Shown: one piece after another, positions 1 to 9,778 of the stretch | Layout: each line of letters starts with the position of its first letter | How positions within the stretch are numbered: position 1 is the stretch's first letter | Source of the DNA: Alphaproteobacteria bacterium | GTDB lineage: Bacteria; Pseudomonadota; Alphaproteobacteria; GCA-2731375 | Direction of reading: 5' to 3' | DNA: 64,000 nt | Assembly: GCA_965225945.1 (NCBI GenBank) | Contig: CBDDBZ010000021.1 | Coordinates: 46,538 to 110,537 of the forward strand | Notes under the pieces: generated by a model | What the model saw: the letters and a program-made list of their open reading frames with translations, nothing else | Told to the model about the DNA's origin: nothing | The model's database searches: none | Made by a program: the position numbers and the translations under genes

Positions 1-159
1 CGAGAGAGACATCGGCGTGGAAATCACCGAATTGACCGCGCCAATTCGTCTTACTGCTCGTTACGGCGATGCGTCGAGCGCCACGATCTCGGCTGTCGTC
101 GGGAGGACTCCCAACGCCTCTCAAATCCTATAATATCTTTAAAAACAATAGTTTAGTTT

Positions 160-234
160 TGGCTGGGGCGCCAGGATTCGAACCTGGGATCGCGGGATCA
201 AAACCCACTGCCTTAACCTCTTGGCTACGCCCCA
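160..234 (-). tRNA. tRNA-Gln (anticodon TTG)
   Basis: Reverse complement reads TGGGGCGTAGCCAAGAGGTTAAGGCA-GTGGG-TTTTGAT-CCCGC-GATCCCAGGTTCGAATCCTGGCGCCCCAGCCA: acceptor stem, TTG anticodon loop, GTTCGAATC T-loop, encoded CCA. Confidence 0.96.
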
Positions 235-420
235 TCCAGGCGCGTCGCCCACTCGGGCGGCGGACGCGGCGGACGATCACGAGGCCGTTCCTAGAGGAGA
301 GCCGAGGCAAACTCAAGCCATGAGCCGCTAAATTGGCCGACCCGGCCCCCCGGCTTGCGCTTTGGCCGTCGCCCTCCAGGCGATAGGATGGCGCCCGAGG
401 CGGGCGGGGAGGTGGCGGCG

Positions 421-1419
421 ATGCGGGTGGCGTTGATCGAGGTCTCGCACTGGCACTATCCGCTCTACGTCCCGGGCTTGAGCGTGCCGGGGGTGGACGT
501 GGTCGCGGTCTCCGACCGGCTGGGCGAGGCTCGCGGGCGCGAGGCCGCGCGCTACGGCGCCCGGGCGCACGACGATCCCTTTCGTCTGATCGCGGAAGAG
601 GATTTCGACCTCGCCTTCGCCTTCGGCCGGCACGACGAGATGGCGGCGATCGGTCTGGCCTTGGTCGAGAAGGGGGTGCCCTTCGCGATTGAGAAGCCGG
701 CGGGGCTGAACGCGGCGGAGGTCGCGCGCCTCGCCCGGGCGGCGGCGGCCCGCGAGCTCTATGTCGCCGTCCCCTTGATCCAGCGCCTCGGGCCCCTCGG
801 CCGCCTCGCCGACCGACTGCGGGGCGAGGGCGCGCGCTTCACCTCGGCCTCCTGGCGCTTCTTCGCCGGCCCGCCCGAGCGCTATCCCCGGGCCGAGAGC
901 GCCTGGATGTTGGAGCCGGAAAAGAGCGGCGGCGGCTCGTTGATGAACCTCGCCAATCATTTCATCGATTTCTCGCTTCGACTCTTGGGGGCCGAGGCAG
1001 AGAGCGTCTTCGCCCGGCTCTCCTCGGCGCTGCACGGCCGCGCGGTGGAGGACTATGCGATGCTGTCGCTGGCGCTGACCAACGGGACCTCGGCGATGAT
1101 CGAGACCGGCTATGGCTTCCCCGATTCTTCGGCCAAGCGGGAGTATTCCTTCACCCTGGTGGCGGAGGACCGCTTGGTCCGAAGCCGGGAGGACGGCGTG
1201 ACGCTCTACAACACCGGCGACGCGGGCACGGCCGAGACGATAGCCATGGACCTCGACACCGATCCGCTCTATGGCGAGTTCACCGCCCGGGTGCTCGCCG
1301 AGGCCCGGACGGGCGCGCGGGCGGTGGCGGATCTGGACGATTTGGCGCGGGTGATGCGGATCGTCGACGCGGGCTATCGGGCCGCCGCGCTGGGCGCGGC
1401 CGTGGCGCCGCTCCGCTGA
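421..1419 (+). CDS. Gfo/Idh/MocA family oxidoreductase
   Basis: MRVALIEVSHWH start, EKP motif, SGGGSLMNLANHFID; GGAGG RBS before ATG 421. Confidence 0.85.
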   Translation: MRVALIEVSHWHYPLYVPGLSVPGVDVVAVSDRLGEARGREAARYGARAHDDPFRLIAEEDFDLAFAFGRHDEMAAIGLALVEKGVPFAIEKPAGLNAAEVARLARAAAARELYVAVPLIQRLGPLGRLADRLRGEGARFTSASWRFFAGPPERYPRAESAWMLEPEKSGGGSLMNLANHFIDFSLRLLGAEAESVFARLSSALHGRAVEDYAMLSLALTNGTSAMIETGYGFPDSSAKREYSFTLVAEDRLVRSREDGVTLYNTGDAGTAETIAMDLDTDPLYGEFTARVLAEARTGARAVADLDDLARVMRIVDAGYRAAALGAAVAPLR

Positions 1420-1433
1420 GGGGAGGTGAGGCG

Positions 1434-2606
1434 ATGAGCCCGCGAGCGAGGCCGAAAGGGAAGCGTGGCCGGGCCTTCGCCGGCGAGAAGGCGCACCAGG
1501 CACTTCGCCGGGCGACGCGCCAGCCCCTGATGGTGGGCCTCTTCCTGCCGCACCAGCAGGGCGCCTGGAGCCCCTCGGCGGCCCCGCGTGGCACCGAGTG
1601 GAGCTTCGACTACAACGCCCGCCTGGCCCGCCGCGCGGACGAGCTGGGCTTCGATCTGGTCTTCGCGCTGGCGCAATGGCTCCCCAAGGGCGGCTACGGC
1701 GGCGAGATCAAATTCCGCGAGAACACGCTCGATCCCTTCATCACCTCGGCCGGTCTGGCGCCGCTGACCAAGCGGGTGCTGCTGATCGCGACGGTGCATA
1801 TCCTCTATGGCTGGCATCCCCTGCACCTGGCCAAATACGGCGCGGTGATCGACCACATGAGCGGCGGACGCTGGGGCCTCAACGTGGTCACCGGCTATAA
1901 GAAGAGCGAGTTTCGCATGTTCGGCCTGGCCCCGGTGGCGCACGATGCGCGCTACGCCATGGCCGACGAATTCACCACGGTGATGCGCCGGCTCTGGTCG
2001 GAGGACCGGCCCTTGAACTTCGAGGGGCGTTGGTGGCGGACGGAAGAGGCCTATGTCGCGCCGAAGCCGGTGCACAATCGGATCGTGCTGGTGAGCGCCG
2101 CCAGCTCACCCGCCGGCATCGACTACGCCGCCCGCCACTCGGACATCATCTTCGTGACCTCGCCGGCCGGCGCCGAGGCGAAGGCGGCCCTCGAGGCGCT
2201 GCCGGCGCACACGGCCCGGGTGCGCGAAGCGGCCCGCGCCCATGGCCGCGAGGTGAAGATCGTCATCAACCCCCATGTCATCTGCCGCGACAGCGAGCGC
2301 GAGGCCAAGGCGCAGTACCGCCGCATCCTGGCGGGCGCCGATCCCGTGGCGCTGGACAACTTCGTCGGCGCCTTCCGTTCCGGCGATCAGGCCTCCTGGC
2401 GGCGGCACAAGAAGTCGAGCTGGGCGGTCGGCGGCAACGTCCACCTGGTCGGCTCGCCGGAACAGATCGTCGAGTGGTTCCAGCGCCTCAGGCAAGCCGG
2501 CTTGGACGGCGTGCAGATCAACTTCTTCGATTTCCTACCGGAGCTGGAGTTCTTCGGCGCCCGGGTGCTGCCGCTGATGCGCGAGGCGGGCTTGCGGCTC
2601 GATTGA
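1434..2606 (+). CDS. LLM class flavin-dependent monooxygenase (SsuD/RutA-like)
   Basis: ADELGFDLVF, HPLHLAK...IDHMSGGRWGLNVVTG, LVGSPEQIVE luciferase-like motifs. Confidence 0.88.
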   Translation: MSPRARPKGKRGRAFAGEKAHQALRRATRQPLMVGLFLPHQQGAWSPSAAPRGTEWSFDYNARLARRADELGFDLVFALAQWLPKGGYGGEIKFRENTLDPFITSAGLAPLTKRVLLIATVHILYGWHPLHLAKYGAVIDHMSGGRWGLNVVTGYKKSEFRMFGLAPVAHDARYAMADEFTTVMRRLWSEDRPLNFEGRWWRTEEAYVAPKPVHNRIVLVSAASSPAGIDYAARHSDIIFVTSPAGAEAKAALEALPAHTARVREAARAHGREVKIVINPHVICRDSEREAKAQYRRILAGADPVALDNFVGAFRSGDQASWRRHKKSSWAVGGNVHLVGSPEQIVEWFQRLRQAGLDGVQINFFDFLPELEFFGARVLPLMREAGLRLD

Positions 2607-2757
2607 AGGGCTTGGCGCCACGAACGATGTGGATGAACGGGGCGCTGCGTCCGCGATGGGGACCGGCGGATTGGGGTTGCGGGGAGGCAATACCTAGCTT
2701 CGGACCGCCGCGCTTGCTCGGACCGTCGGCAACGACGAAAGCCCAGGCCCCCGGCGC

Positions 2758-3225
2758 TCAGCTCCGGCGCTCGATCCGGCCCTCGATGTGGCGCGCGAGC
2801 TTGAGCGTCACGCGGCCGTCGACCAGCAGGTCGTTGTCGTCCTGGTAGTCCTCGATCGCAAATCGAGTACGCCGGCCCATGACGCCGTCGATCGGTCCGG
2901 GGTCGTAGCCGAGCTTGGCGAGACCGGCCTGGACCCGGCTGACCGCCGACTTGTTCGCCGACCTGTTCGGCGCGCCGGAGTCCGAGGCCCAGATCGGATC
3001 GCCCAGGTTGATCGTGTCCTCGCTGGTGAGCGCCCCGGTGAGGCCGCCGGCCGCCGCGCCGATCAGCACGCCGTGCAGTACCGAAAGGCCGGTGACCGCG
3101 CCCACGACCGCGCCGGCGGTCGCACCGATGCCGGCGCCCGAAACCGTACGGTCGCCGGTGCTGCTGCCGCAGGCGGCCAGCGCCAGGCAGAGGCAGATCG
3201 TCATTGCTGTGGCCGTCGTTCTCAT
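2758..3225 (-). CDS. lipoprotein with glycine zipper and peptidoglycan-binding domain
   Basis: Lipobox LAAC, GAGIGATAGAVVGA zipper, VQAGLAKLGYDPGPIDGVMGRRTRFAIEDYQ PG-binding motif. Confidence 0.8.
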   Translation of the reverse strand: MRTTATAMTICLCLALAACGSSTGDRTVSGAGIGATAGAVVGAVTGLSVLHGVLIGAAAGGLTGALTSEDTINLGDPIWASDSGAPNRSANKSAVSRVQAGLAKLGYDPGPIDGVMGRRTRFAIEDYQDDNDLLVDGRVTLKLARHIEGRIERRS

Positions 3226-3467
3226 CGTTCCAATTCCTCTTCGTCCGCGAGGCGGACGGGCATTTCTCGTTCCCACCTATCATATTGGGGGGTCCGCCGG
3301 CGAATTCAGTGACCGTCGTCACTTTTCCGAGCCCGGGTCCTAGCCTGATTCGCCCGCGCGGTCTCGCCTGGCCGCCCGCTCGCGCGGCGTCGCGCGGCCC
3401 TCCCTCGTCGTTTCCCTGCTATGCTCACCGCACCGGTGAGGCGACGGCGAGCATGGCGGAGGTTCTG

Positions 3468-4253
3468 ATGAGGCTGGAGGCGGCCGAACGGGCGGCTTGG
3501 GAGGAACGGGGCTTCCTCTTCATGGAAGGCTTGCTGTCGGCGGCGGAGATGGCGGTGGTGGACGCCGCGCTGCCTCGACTGCTGGGCTTGCGCCGACGCG
3601 AGACGGTACTGGAGAAGGACGGTGAGACCGTTCGCTCGCTCCTCAACCTGCATCTCTACGACGCGGTCTTCGACCGGCTGGTGCGCCATCCGAAGCTGAT
3701 CGGACCCGCCCGCGACCTCCTCGGCGACGAGGTTTACATCTTCCAATCCATCCTGAACCTGAAGCGGCCCTTCACCGGCGACGTCTGGCAGTGGCACCAG
3801 GATTTTCCGACCTATCACGCCGACGATGCGATGCCGGCGCCGCGCGTGGTCAACGTCCTGCTCTTCATCGAGGCGGTGAACGAGTTCAACGGGCCGCTGA
3901 TGCTGATCCCGGGGTCGCAGCGGGAGTACTTCATGCTGCCGGAGGTCGACACGACGACCACCAGCTATCCCCTGCGCCGGCTGGAGGCGGCGGACATCGG
4001 CGGCTTCGCGGAAGCGAACGGCATCGTCGCGCCGAAGGGGCCGGCCGGTTCGGCGATCTTCGCCCACACCAACATCATCCACGGCTCCAACCCCAACATG
4101 TCGCCCTGGGGCCGGGCGATGCTGTCGCTGACGCTGAATTCGGTGGCGAACCGGACCACGCGGCCCTCGGTCCGCCCGGCCCACGTCACGCTCGACGATT
4201 TCACCCCGGTGGTGGCGCTCGAGGAAGACTGCCTACTGAGCCTGGCGGGCTGA
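3468..4253 (+). CDS. phytanoyl-CoA dioxygenase family (EctD-like) Fe(II)/2OG dioxygenase
   Basis: WQWHQD, NGPLMLIPGS, HGSNPNMSPWGR motifs; start uncertain (3453 or 3468). Confidence 0.85.
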   Translation: MRLEAAERAAWEERGFLFMEGLLSAAEMAVVDAALPRLLGLRRRETVLEKDGETVRSLLNLHLYDAVFDRLVRHPKLIGPARDLLGDEVYIFQSILNLKRPFTGDVWQWHQDFPTYHADDAMPAPRVVNVLLFIEAVNEFNGPLMLIPGSQREYFMLPEVDTTTTSYPLRRLEAADIGGFAEANGIVAPKGPAGSAIFAHTNIIHGSNPNMSPWGRAMLSLTLNSVANRTTRPSVRPAHVTLDDFTPVVALEEDCLLSLAG

Positions 4254-4373
4254 AGCGTCGTCCGCCCGAGCGGAATTACCCGGCTACACACTCTCCCGCC
4301 GAATACCCGGGAGGCGGTACTTTCGGGCTGGCCGGGCGGAGCCAAGCGCGCCGCATCCTGCTACACTGAGGGC

Positions 4374-5285
4374 ATGAGATTCGGGCCGCTCGCGATCGTG
4401 ATCCTGCTCCTCCCCCTCGCCGCCCTGGCGGAGATCCGGGGCGGCGTCCGGGTGCTCGACGGCGACACGATTTCGGTGCAGGGGATCCAAATCGAGATCG
4501 ACGGCATCGACGCGCCCGAGCCGGAACAACGCTGCCTGAGGGATAGCGGCCGATCCTATGCCTGCGGCGAGCTGGCGACCCGGGCGCTGAGGACCATCAT
4601 CGGTGGCCGGCGGGTTCGGTGCGAGGAGCTGGGAAAGACGGTCACCGGCACGATACGCGCCCGTTGCCGGTTGCGTCGGCGCGATCTCGGCCAGGAGATG
4701 CTGGCGCTCGGCTGGGCCCTGGCACACGAAGGCGCGGCGAGGGACTACGCCGAGGCGCAAGCCCGGGCCGAGACGGCGCGGGAGGGCATCTGGTCCGGTC
4801 GCTTCGTCCCGCCCTGGGAGTGGCGCCAAGGCAAGCGGATCGTCGAGAGCCCGGCCGCGCCGGCGCCGCCCGCGACCACCGCCGCCCGCCCGCCCGCTCC
4901 GGCGCCGGTGATCGCGCGGAGGTCGGGTTCAGCCCCGGCGCCCGCCCGCGCGTCCAAGTCGGCGCCGGCCTCGGCGCGCGAGGAAACCGTGACGCCGACC
5001 AGCGCCGCGCCGAAGCGAGAACGACCGCCTGCGGCACCGGCGCGCGCCGCCCCGTCGGCGCCCGCCTCGCCCCGGGTATCGGTGAAGCCTAGCGCGCGAC
5101 GAGGCGCCGGCCGCCATCCCGCCGGCTGCCCGATCAAGGGCAACATCGACGCCATCGGTCGGCGCTTCTACTACCTGCCGGGAACCAAGTGGTACAACAT
5201 CATAGCGATCAATACCGAGGCCGGCGAACGTTGGTTCTGCAACGAAAATGATGCCATGGCAGCCGGCTGGCGCAAGTTCCCCTGA
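4374..5285 (+). CDS. thermonuclease (SNase) family protein with C-terminal ExoI-like Cys domain
   Basis: Signal peptide, DGDT and GIDAPE motifs, GIWSGRFVPPWEWR, Pro/Ala linker, C-terminal CPIKGNI...GERWFC...AAGWR. Confidence 0.85.
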   Translation: MRFGPLAIVILLLPLAALAEIRGGVRVLDGDTISVQGIQIEIDGIDAPEPEQRCLRDSGRSYACGELATRALRTIIGGRRVRCEELGKTVTGTIRARCRLRRRDLGQEMLALGWALAHEGAARDYAEAQARAETAREGIWSGRFVPPWEWRQGKRIVESPAAPAPPATTAARPPAPAPVIARRSGSAPAPARASKSAPASAREETVTPTSAAPKRERPPAAPARAAPSAPASPRVSVKPSARRGAGRHPAGCPIKGNIDAIGRRFYYLPGTKWYNIIAINTEAGERWFCNENDAMAAGWRKFP

Positions 5286-5297
5286 TGGCGCCGGGTC

Positions 5298-5475
5298 GCG
5301 ATCGAAATCGCGGCGCAGATCACCACGATCAACTTCTATCAGCGCGTCGGTCACCTGGACGCCGCCGCCTGCGACGATTTCGTCAATTCGGGCAATGATT
5401 TCGTCATCCTCGACGACGAGGTGATCAAGAAAGGCCAGGAGCTGTCCTTCGCCTGGGCCGACAAGGCCGGGGAGT
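5298..5475 (+). pseudogene. possible C-terminal fragment of a TRAP transporter solute-binding protein
   Basis: Startless frame AIEIAAQITTINFYQRVGHLDAAACDDFVNSGNDFVILDDEVIKKGQELSFAWADKAG resembles DctP C-termini (recognition only). Confidence 0.4.
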
Positions 5476-5662
5476 CGCCATTTATGGCGGCTGGTTCTCT
5501 ACATGAGGCTGCCGTGTCAAGTTGATTCGGCCTTTGTGACGGGTGGCGGGGCGGGACAAGTCAATCGCGAAAAAGTCCCTCGGCTTCGCCTCGGTGGGCT
5601 TTTTCCCGAACAATTATCCGAGAGCGCGAGGTAAAAATCGAGTTTGCCGGCGCGTTGGTGGA

Positions 5663-6274
5663 TCAGCGCGAATAATACTCAATCACCAGGTTCGGCTCCA
5701 TGCGGACCGGGTAGGGCACGTCGGCGAATTTCGGCACCCGCGTGAAGGTGCCTCGCATGGTGCGGTAGTCGACCTCGACATAGTCGGGGGTATCGCGCTC
5801 GGCGCTGTCGATCGCCTCCAGCAGCATCACCATCTGGCGCGATTTCTCCCGTACCTCGACGACGTCGCCCTCGGCCACCCGGAAACTCGGGATGGTGACC
5901 CGGCGGCCGTTCACCGAGACATGACCGTGGTTGACGAACTGTCGGGCGGCGAACACCGTCGGCACGAACTTCATGCGATAGACCACGGCGTCCAAGCGGC
6001 GCTCCAAGAGGCCGATCAAGTTTTCCGAGGTATCGCCCCGGCGCCTCACCGCCTCCGCGTAGACCCGGCGGAATTGCTTCTCGGTGATGTTGCCGTAGTA
6101 GCCCTTGAGCTTCTGTTTGGCGGAGAGCTGGATGCCGTAATCGGACGGCTTGCGCCGGCGCTGACCGTGTTGGCCGGGGCCGTATTCGCGCCGGTTCACC
6201 GGGCTCTTCGGCCGGCCCCAGAGATTTTCGCCGAGCCGCCGGTTCAGCTTGTATTTCGAATGTCCGTCTCGTCG
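5663..6274 (-). CDS. rpsD: 30S ribosomal protein S4; start codon out of frame as sequenced
   Basis: [62 protein letters not shown]. The frame is open to 6274 and preceded by TGA inside a tandem repeat. Confidence 0.95.
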   Translation of the reverse strand, partial: RRDGHSKYKLNRRLGENLWGRPKSPVNRREYGPGQHGQRRRKPSDYGIQLSAKQKLKGYYGNITEKQFRRVYAEAVRRRGDTSENLIGLLERRLDAVVYRMKFVPTVFAARQFVNHGHVSVNGRRVTIPSFRVAEGDVVEVREKSRQMVMLLEAIDSAERDTPDYVEVDYRTMRGTFTRVPKFADVPYPVRMEPNLVIEYYSR

Positions 6275-6402
6275 TCATGTCCGTCTCGTCGTCATGTCCG
6301 TCTCGTCCGTCCGTTCGTCGTCATGTCCGTCTCGTCGTCATGTCCGTCTCGTCGTCATGTCCGTCTCGTCGTCATGTCCGTCTCGTCGTCATGTCCGTCT
6401 CG
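6260..6402. repeat. 17-bp tandem repeat (TGTCCGTCTCGTCGTCA), about 8 copies, one block degenerate
   Basis: Exact units at 6261, 6278, 6324, 6341, 6358, 6375; degenerate block 6295-6323; partial unit at 6392. Confidence 0.95.
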
Positions 6403-6513
6403 CTCGCCGGTCCCGCCCGAGCCTCGGGCGGGCCGCTTGAATTCGCTTGGCTTGGGGCCGGCCGGGGCAGGCTCCGCGCCGAAACGCGCTAATACAAGGC
6501 CGTCGGGCACAAG

Positions 6514-7305
6514 TCAAACCTCGCCGTCGCGTCGGTTTGCGGCCTCTTGCTCCAGAGCCGGGCCGGCCCGCCGCAGCGCGCTGACGATGCCGTGGAGCGT
6601 CCTCACTTCGGCTTCGCTGAACCCGGCGCGGGCGAACATGTTGCGGATGTTGCGGGTCATGGCGGGCCGCTTCTCCGGTGGCTTCAGAAAGCCGCCCGCG
6701 TCGAGCCCCGCCTCGAGGCGGCGGTGGAAGTTCTCCAACTCGGCGGCGCTCGCCCGCGCCGCGCCGCTCGGCGGCGCTTCCGCCACCGGGTCGGCTCGGA
6801 ACCACTCGTGCCCCATCAACAGCACCGCCTGCGCCAGGTTGAGGGAAGAGAAGGCCGGGTTGGTCGCCACCTCGACGATGGCGGCGGCCGGGGCGATGTC
6901 GTCGTTGTCGAGCCCGGCCCGCTCAGCCCCGAACAGAATGCCGGCCTTTTCGCCCCGAGCCAGCGCGTGGCGCAGCCTCGCCGCCGCCTCGCGCGGGCGC
7001 AGCACCGGCTTCGCCATGTCGCGCGCCCGCGCCGTGGTCGCCAGCACCAGGTTCAAATCGGCGATCGCGTCAGCCGTCGTGGCGTGGACCGTCGCCCGGT
7101 CCAATACGAGGTCCGCTCGGCTCGCCGCGGCCCGCGCCTGCTCGCTCGGCCAGCCGTCGCGCGGCGCCACCAAGCGCAGTTCGGTGAGGCCGAAGTTCAA
7201 CATCGCGCGGGCCGCCGCGCCGATATTCTCGCCCAATTGCGGGCGCACGAGGACGACGGCGGGGCCGCCGAGGACGGCCGGCCTGGAGGTATCGGTTCCG
7301 GCCAT
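6514..7305 (-). CDS. trmJ: tRNA/rRNA methyltransferase, TrmJ/LasT (SPOUT) family
   Basis: VVLVRPQLGENIGAAARAMLNFG, LFGAERAGL, SSLNLAQAV. Confidence 0.9.
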   Translation of the reverse strand: MAGTDTSRPAVLGGPAVVLVRPQLGENIGAAARAMLNFGLTELRLVAPRDGWPSEQARAAASRADLVLDRATVHATTADAIADLNLVLATTARARDMAKPVLRPREAAARLRHALARGEKAGILFGAERAGLDNDDIAPAAAIVEVATNPAFSSLNLAQAVLLMGHEWFRADPVAEAPPSGAARASAAELENFHRRLEAGLDAGGFLKPPEKRPAMTRNIRNMFARAGFSEAEVRTLHGIVSALRRAGPALEQEAANRRDGEV

Positions 7306-7429
7306 GGCGCTTCAACTCCGGCGAGGTCGGGGCGAGCCTCGAGCTATATCACGACTTCGCGGCGTCTGGTCTTTGCCCGAGGTGATGCTATGGTCGCAGC
7401 GACACGCGGTGACCATGTCGGGAGGGGAG

Positions 7430-8215
7430 ATGAGCCTCGAGGCGACCTCGATTGAGGTTTCGGACGTCCGGATCGATCTCCGCGCGGGCGGCGCGGGGCG
7501 GACATTTCTCTATCTTCACGGCGGTCTCGGGCCCGGCGGCGACGAGGTCTTTCTCGACGCGCTGGCGGGCGAGGCCCGCGTCCTGGCGCCGACCCACCCC
7601 GGTTTCGGTGCCTCCGAGTGGCCGCGCGAGTTCCGCGGCGTCGACGATCTGGCCTATTTCTACCTCGACTTCGCCGAGGCCTATGGGCTCGACGACGCGG
7701 TCCTGGTCGGCGCCTGCTTCGGCGGCTGGCTCGCCGCCGAGATGCTGATCCGCAGCCGGCGGCAGTTCTCCCGCGCGGTGTTGATCGGGACGCTCGGGGC
7801 CAAGTTCTCCGACCGGCTGAGCCGCGACATCGCCGACATTCACGGCGCCGAGAAGGCGGAGCTCGACCGCCTGCTGTTCCACGATCCGGCGTTTGCCGCG
7901 CGCGACCTGACGGCGCTCGACGAGGCGACGCTGACCGCGATCGCGCGGGACCGCGAGGCCTTCGCCTATTACGGCTGGAAACCCTACATGCACAATCCCG
8001 GGCTGCGGCGCTGGTTGCACCGGATCGACGTCGCGACCCTGCTGATTTGGGGCGAGAGCGACGGCTTCGTCACCCCCGATTACGGCCGCGCCTGGGCCGC
8101 GGCGATACCCGGCGCGCGGCTGGAGACGATTGCGGAAGCGGGACATTTTCCCCATCTCGAACAGCCCGAGGAGACGGCGGCCCATGTCTTGGCCTTCGCC
8201 GCCGAGGGCCGGTAG
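7430..8215 (+). CDS. alpha/beta hydrolase
   Basis: LYLHGG, PTHPGFG, LVGACFGGW nucleophile elbow (Cys at the usual Ser position), IWGESD, AGHFPHLEQP. Confidence 0.85.
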   Translation: MSLEATSIEVSDVRIDLRAGGAGRTFLYLHGGLGPGGDEVFLDALAGEARVLAPTHPGFGASEWPREFRGVDDLAYFYLDFAEAYGLDDAVLVGACFGGWLAAEMLIRSRRQFSRAVLIGTLGAKFSDRLSRDIADIHGAEKAELDRLLFHDPAFAARDLTALDEATLTAIARDREAFAYYGWKPYMHNPGLRRWLHRIDVATLLIWGESDGFVTPDYGRAWAAAIPGARLETIAEAGHFPHLEQPEETAAHVLAFAAEGR

Positions 8216-8249
8216 GGACGGAAGGGAAGGGAAGGGAAGGAGCGCGAAC

Positions 8250-9473
8250 ATGCAGGTCTGGCACTTTTCCGAGATGGCCTACCCACCGGCCTGGGACGCC
8301 GGGCGGAAACGGGGCAGTTTCCGCGTCACCCTGCCGAGTCGCGAATTCGACCCGGAAATCGGGGCCGACATCTTCCACCGGCACTACGACGAGTATCAAC
8401 TCTGCGACGAACTCGGCATGAACATCATGGTGAACGAGCATCACAGCACGGCGACTTGCCTCAACGCGGCGGTCACCGTCTCGCTCTCGATCCTGGCCCG
8501 GATCACCAAGAAGGCGCGCCTCCTTTCCCTCGGCATGCCGATCGCCAACCGATCGGACCCGGTCAGGGTCGCCGAGGAGATGGCGATGGTCGACGTCATC
8601 AGCCGGGGCCGGCTGGAAATGGGGCTGGTCAAGGGCGCGCCCTACGAGATCGCGCCGGCGAATTCCAATCCCGGACGGATCATGGAGCGTTTCTGGGAGG
8701 CCCACGACCTGATTCTGAAGGCGATGTCGACGCACGACGGGCCGTTCAACTGGGAGGGCGAATACTTCCACTACCGCAAGGTCAATATCTGGCCTCGGCC
8801 CTGGCAACGGCCGCATCCACCGGTCTGGATCACCGGGCTCAGCCCCGGGACCGGTCGTGCCGTGGCCGAACGCGGCCATGTCGCGGCGGCGCTGTTGAGC
8901 GGCGGCATCGCCGGCGCCATGTTCGATGCCTACCGCCAGCGGGCGGCGGAGCTCGGCTGGGTGGCGCCGCACGACCGCATGGCCTATTGCGCGCTGGTCG
9001 GCGTCGGCGTGAGCGAGGCGGAGGGCAGGCGCCGGGCCGACGACGTCGCCGGCTACGTCCGCACCTCGCCGCTCGTCGCCGAGCCGTTCCGCAATCCCCC
9101 GGGTTATAACGCCATTGCGGCCAACGTCGCGGCGATGCGCCAAGGCCCGAGCGTCAGTGTCGCCCGGGTCGCGACCGTCGATGGCCGGGTGATCGATCCG
9201 AGGGTCGCCTCGGTGCAGGAGTTCATCGACGCCCGCACCCTCTTCGCCGGCACGCCCGATCAGGTGTTCGAGCAGATCGTCCAGTTCAACCGCGAGGTCG
9301 GTGGCCTCGGCCATCTGATCATCATGGGCCAGGGCGGCACGCTCGGCTTCAAGGATACGTGTGAAAATCTCCGTCTTTTCGCCGAAGAGGTGATGCCTCG
9401 GCTCGGCGAGATCGAAATGCCGGAGAACCCCTACGCCGAACAGGCCGAGCGGGCGTCGAGCGCCGCCGAGTGA
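8250..9473 (+). CDS. LLM class flavin-dependent oxidoreductase
   Basis: NEHHST, PVRVAEEMAMVDVISRGRL, NIWPRPWQRPHPPVW, AGTPDQV, LFAEEVMPRL. Confidence 0.88.
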   Translation: MQVWHFSEMAYPPAWDAGRKRGSFRVTLPSREFDPEIGADIFHRHYDEYQLCDELGMNIMVNEHHSTATCLNAAVTVSLSILARITKKARLLSLGMPIANRSDPVRVAEEMAMVDVISRGRLEMGLVKGAPYEIAPANSNPGRIMERFWEAHDLILKAMSTHDGPFNWEGEYFHYRKVNIWPRPWQRPHPPVWITGLSPGTGRAVAERGHVAAALLSGGIAGAMFDAYRQRAAELGWVAPHDRMAYCALVGVGVSEAEGRRRADDVAGYVRTSPLVAEPFRNPPGYNAIAANVAAMRQGPSVSVARVATVDGRVIDPRVASVQEFIDARTLFAGTPDQVFEQIVQFNREVGGLGHLIIMGQGGTLGFKDTCENLRLFAEEVMPRLGEIEMPENPYAEQAERASSAAE

Positions 9474-9778
9474 GGCCCTCGGGCGCGCCGCCCGGCGCGC
9501 CGCCCTCGACATCGGCTCCCAACCGCGTCCCGTTCGGGCGGCGAGGCTTTCAGGCTCGACCGCCAATTCGTACTCATTTGGGTGATTTATTTGTTGTTAT
9601 TTTGGATTAGCTTTGGGTTCGCGGGACCAAGTTGGTTTCGTGACTTGCCGTTTTGGCGGTTTTGTCGAGGATTTCGGGGTGTTTTGATGTCGAATGTGAC
9701 GCTGCGCACTTTGAATTCCGGCAATTTTATCCAAATCTCCTGAGAGCCAATGGGCGCTAGGGGATATTCGGGAGCAGC

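Noticed and set aside
69-323. Short ORFs at the window start
   Set aside because: They overlap tRNA-Gln and have no protein motifs.
6260-6402. CRISPR array
   Set aside because: Units are directly adjacent with no unique spacers, and no cas genes are present.
5543-7429. 890-aa plus-strand ORF as one protein
   Set aside because: The upstream part is antisense to rpsD and trmJ; only 7430-8215 has family motifs.
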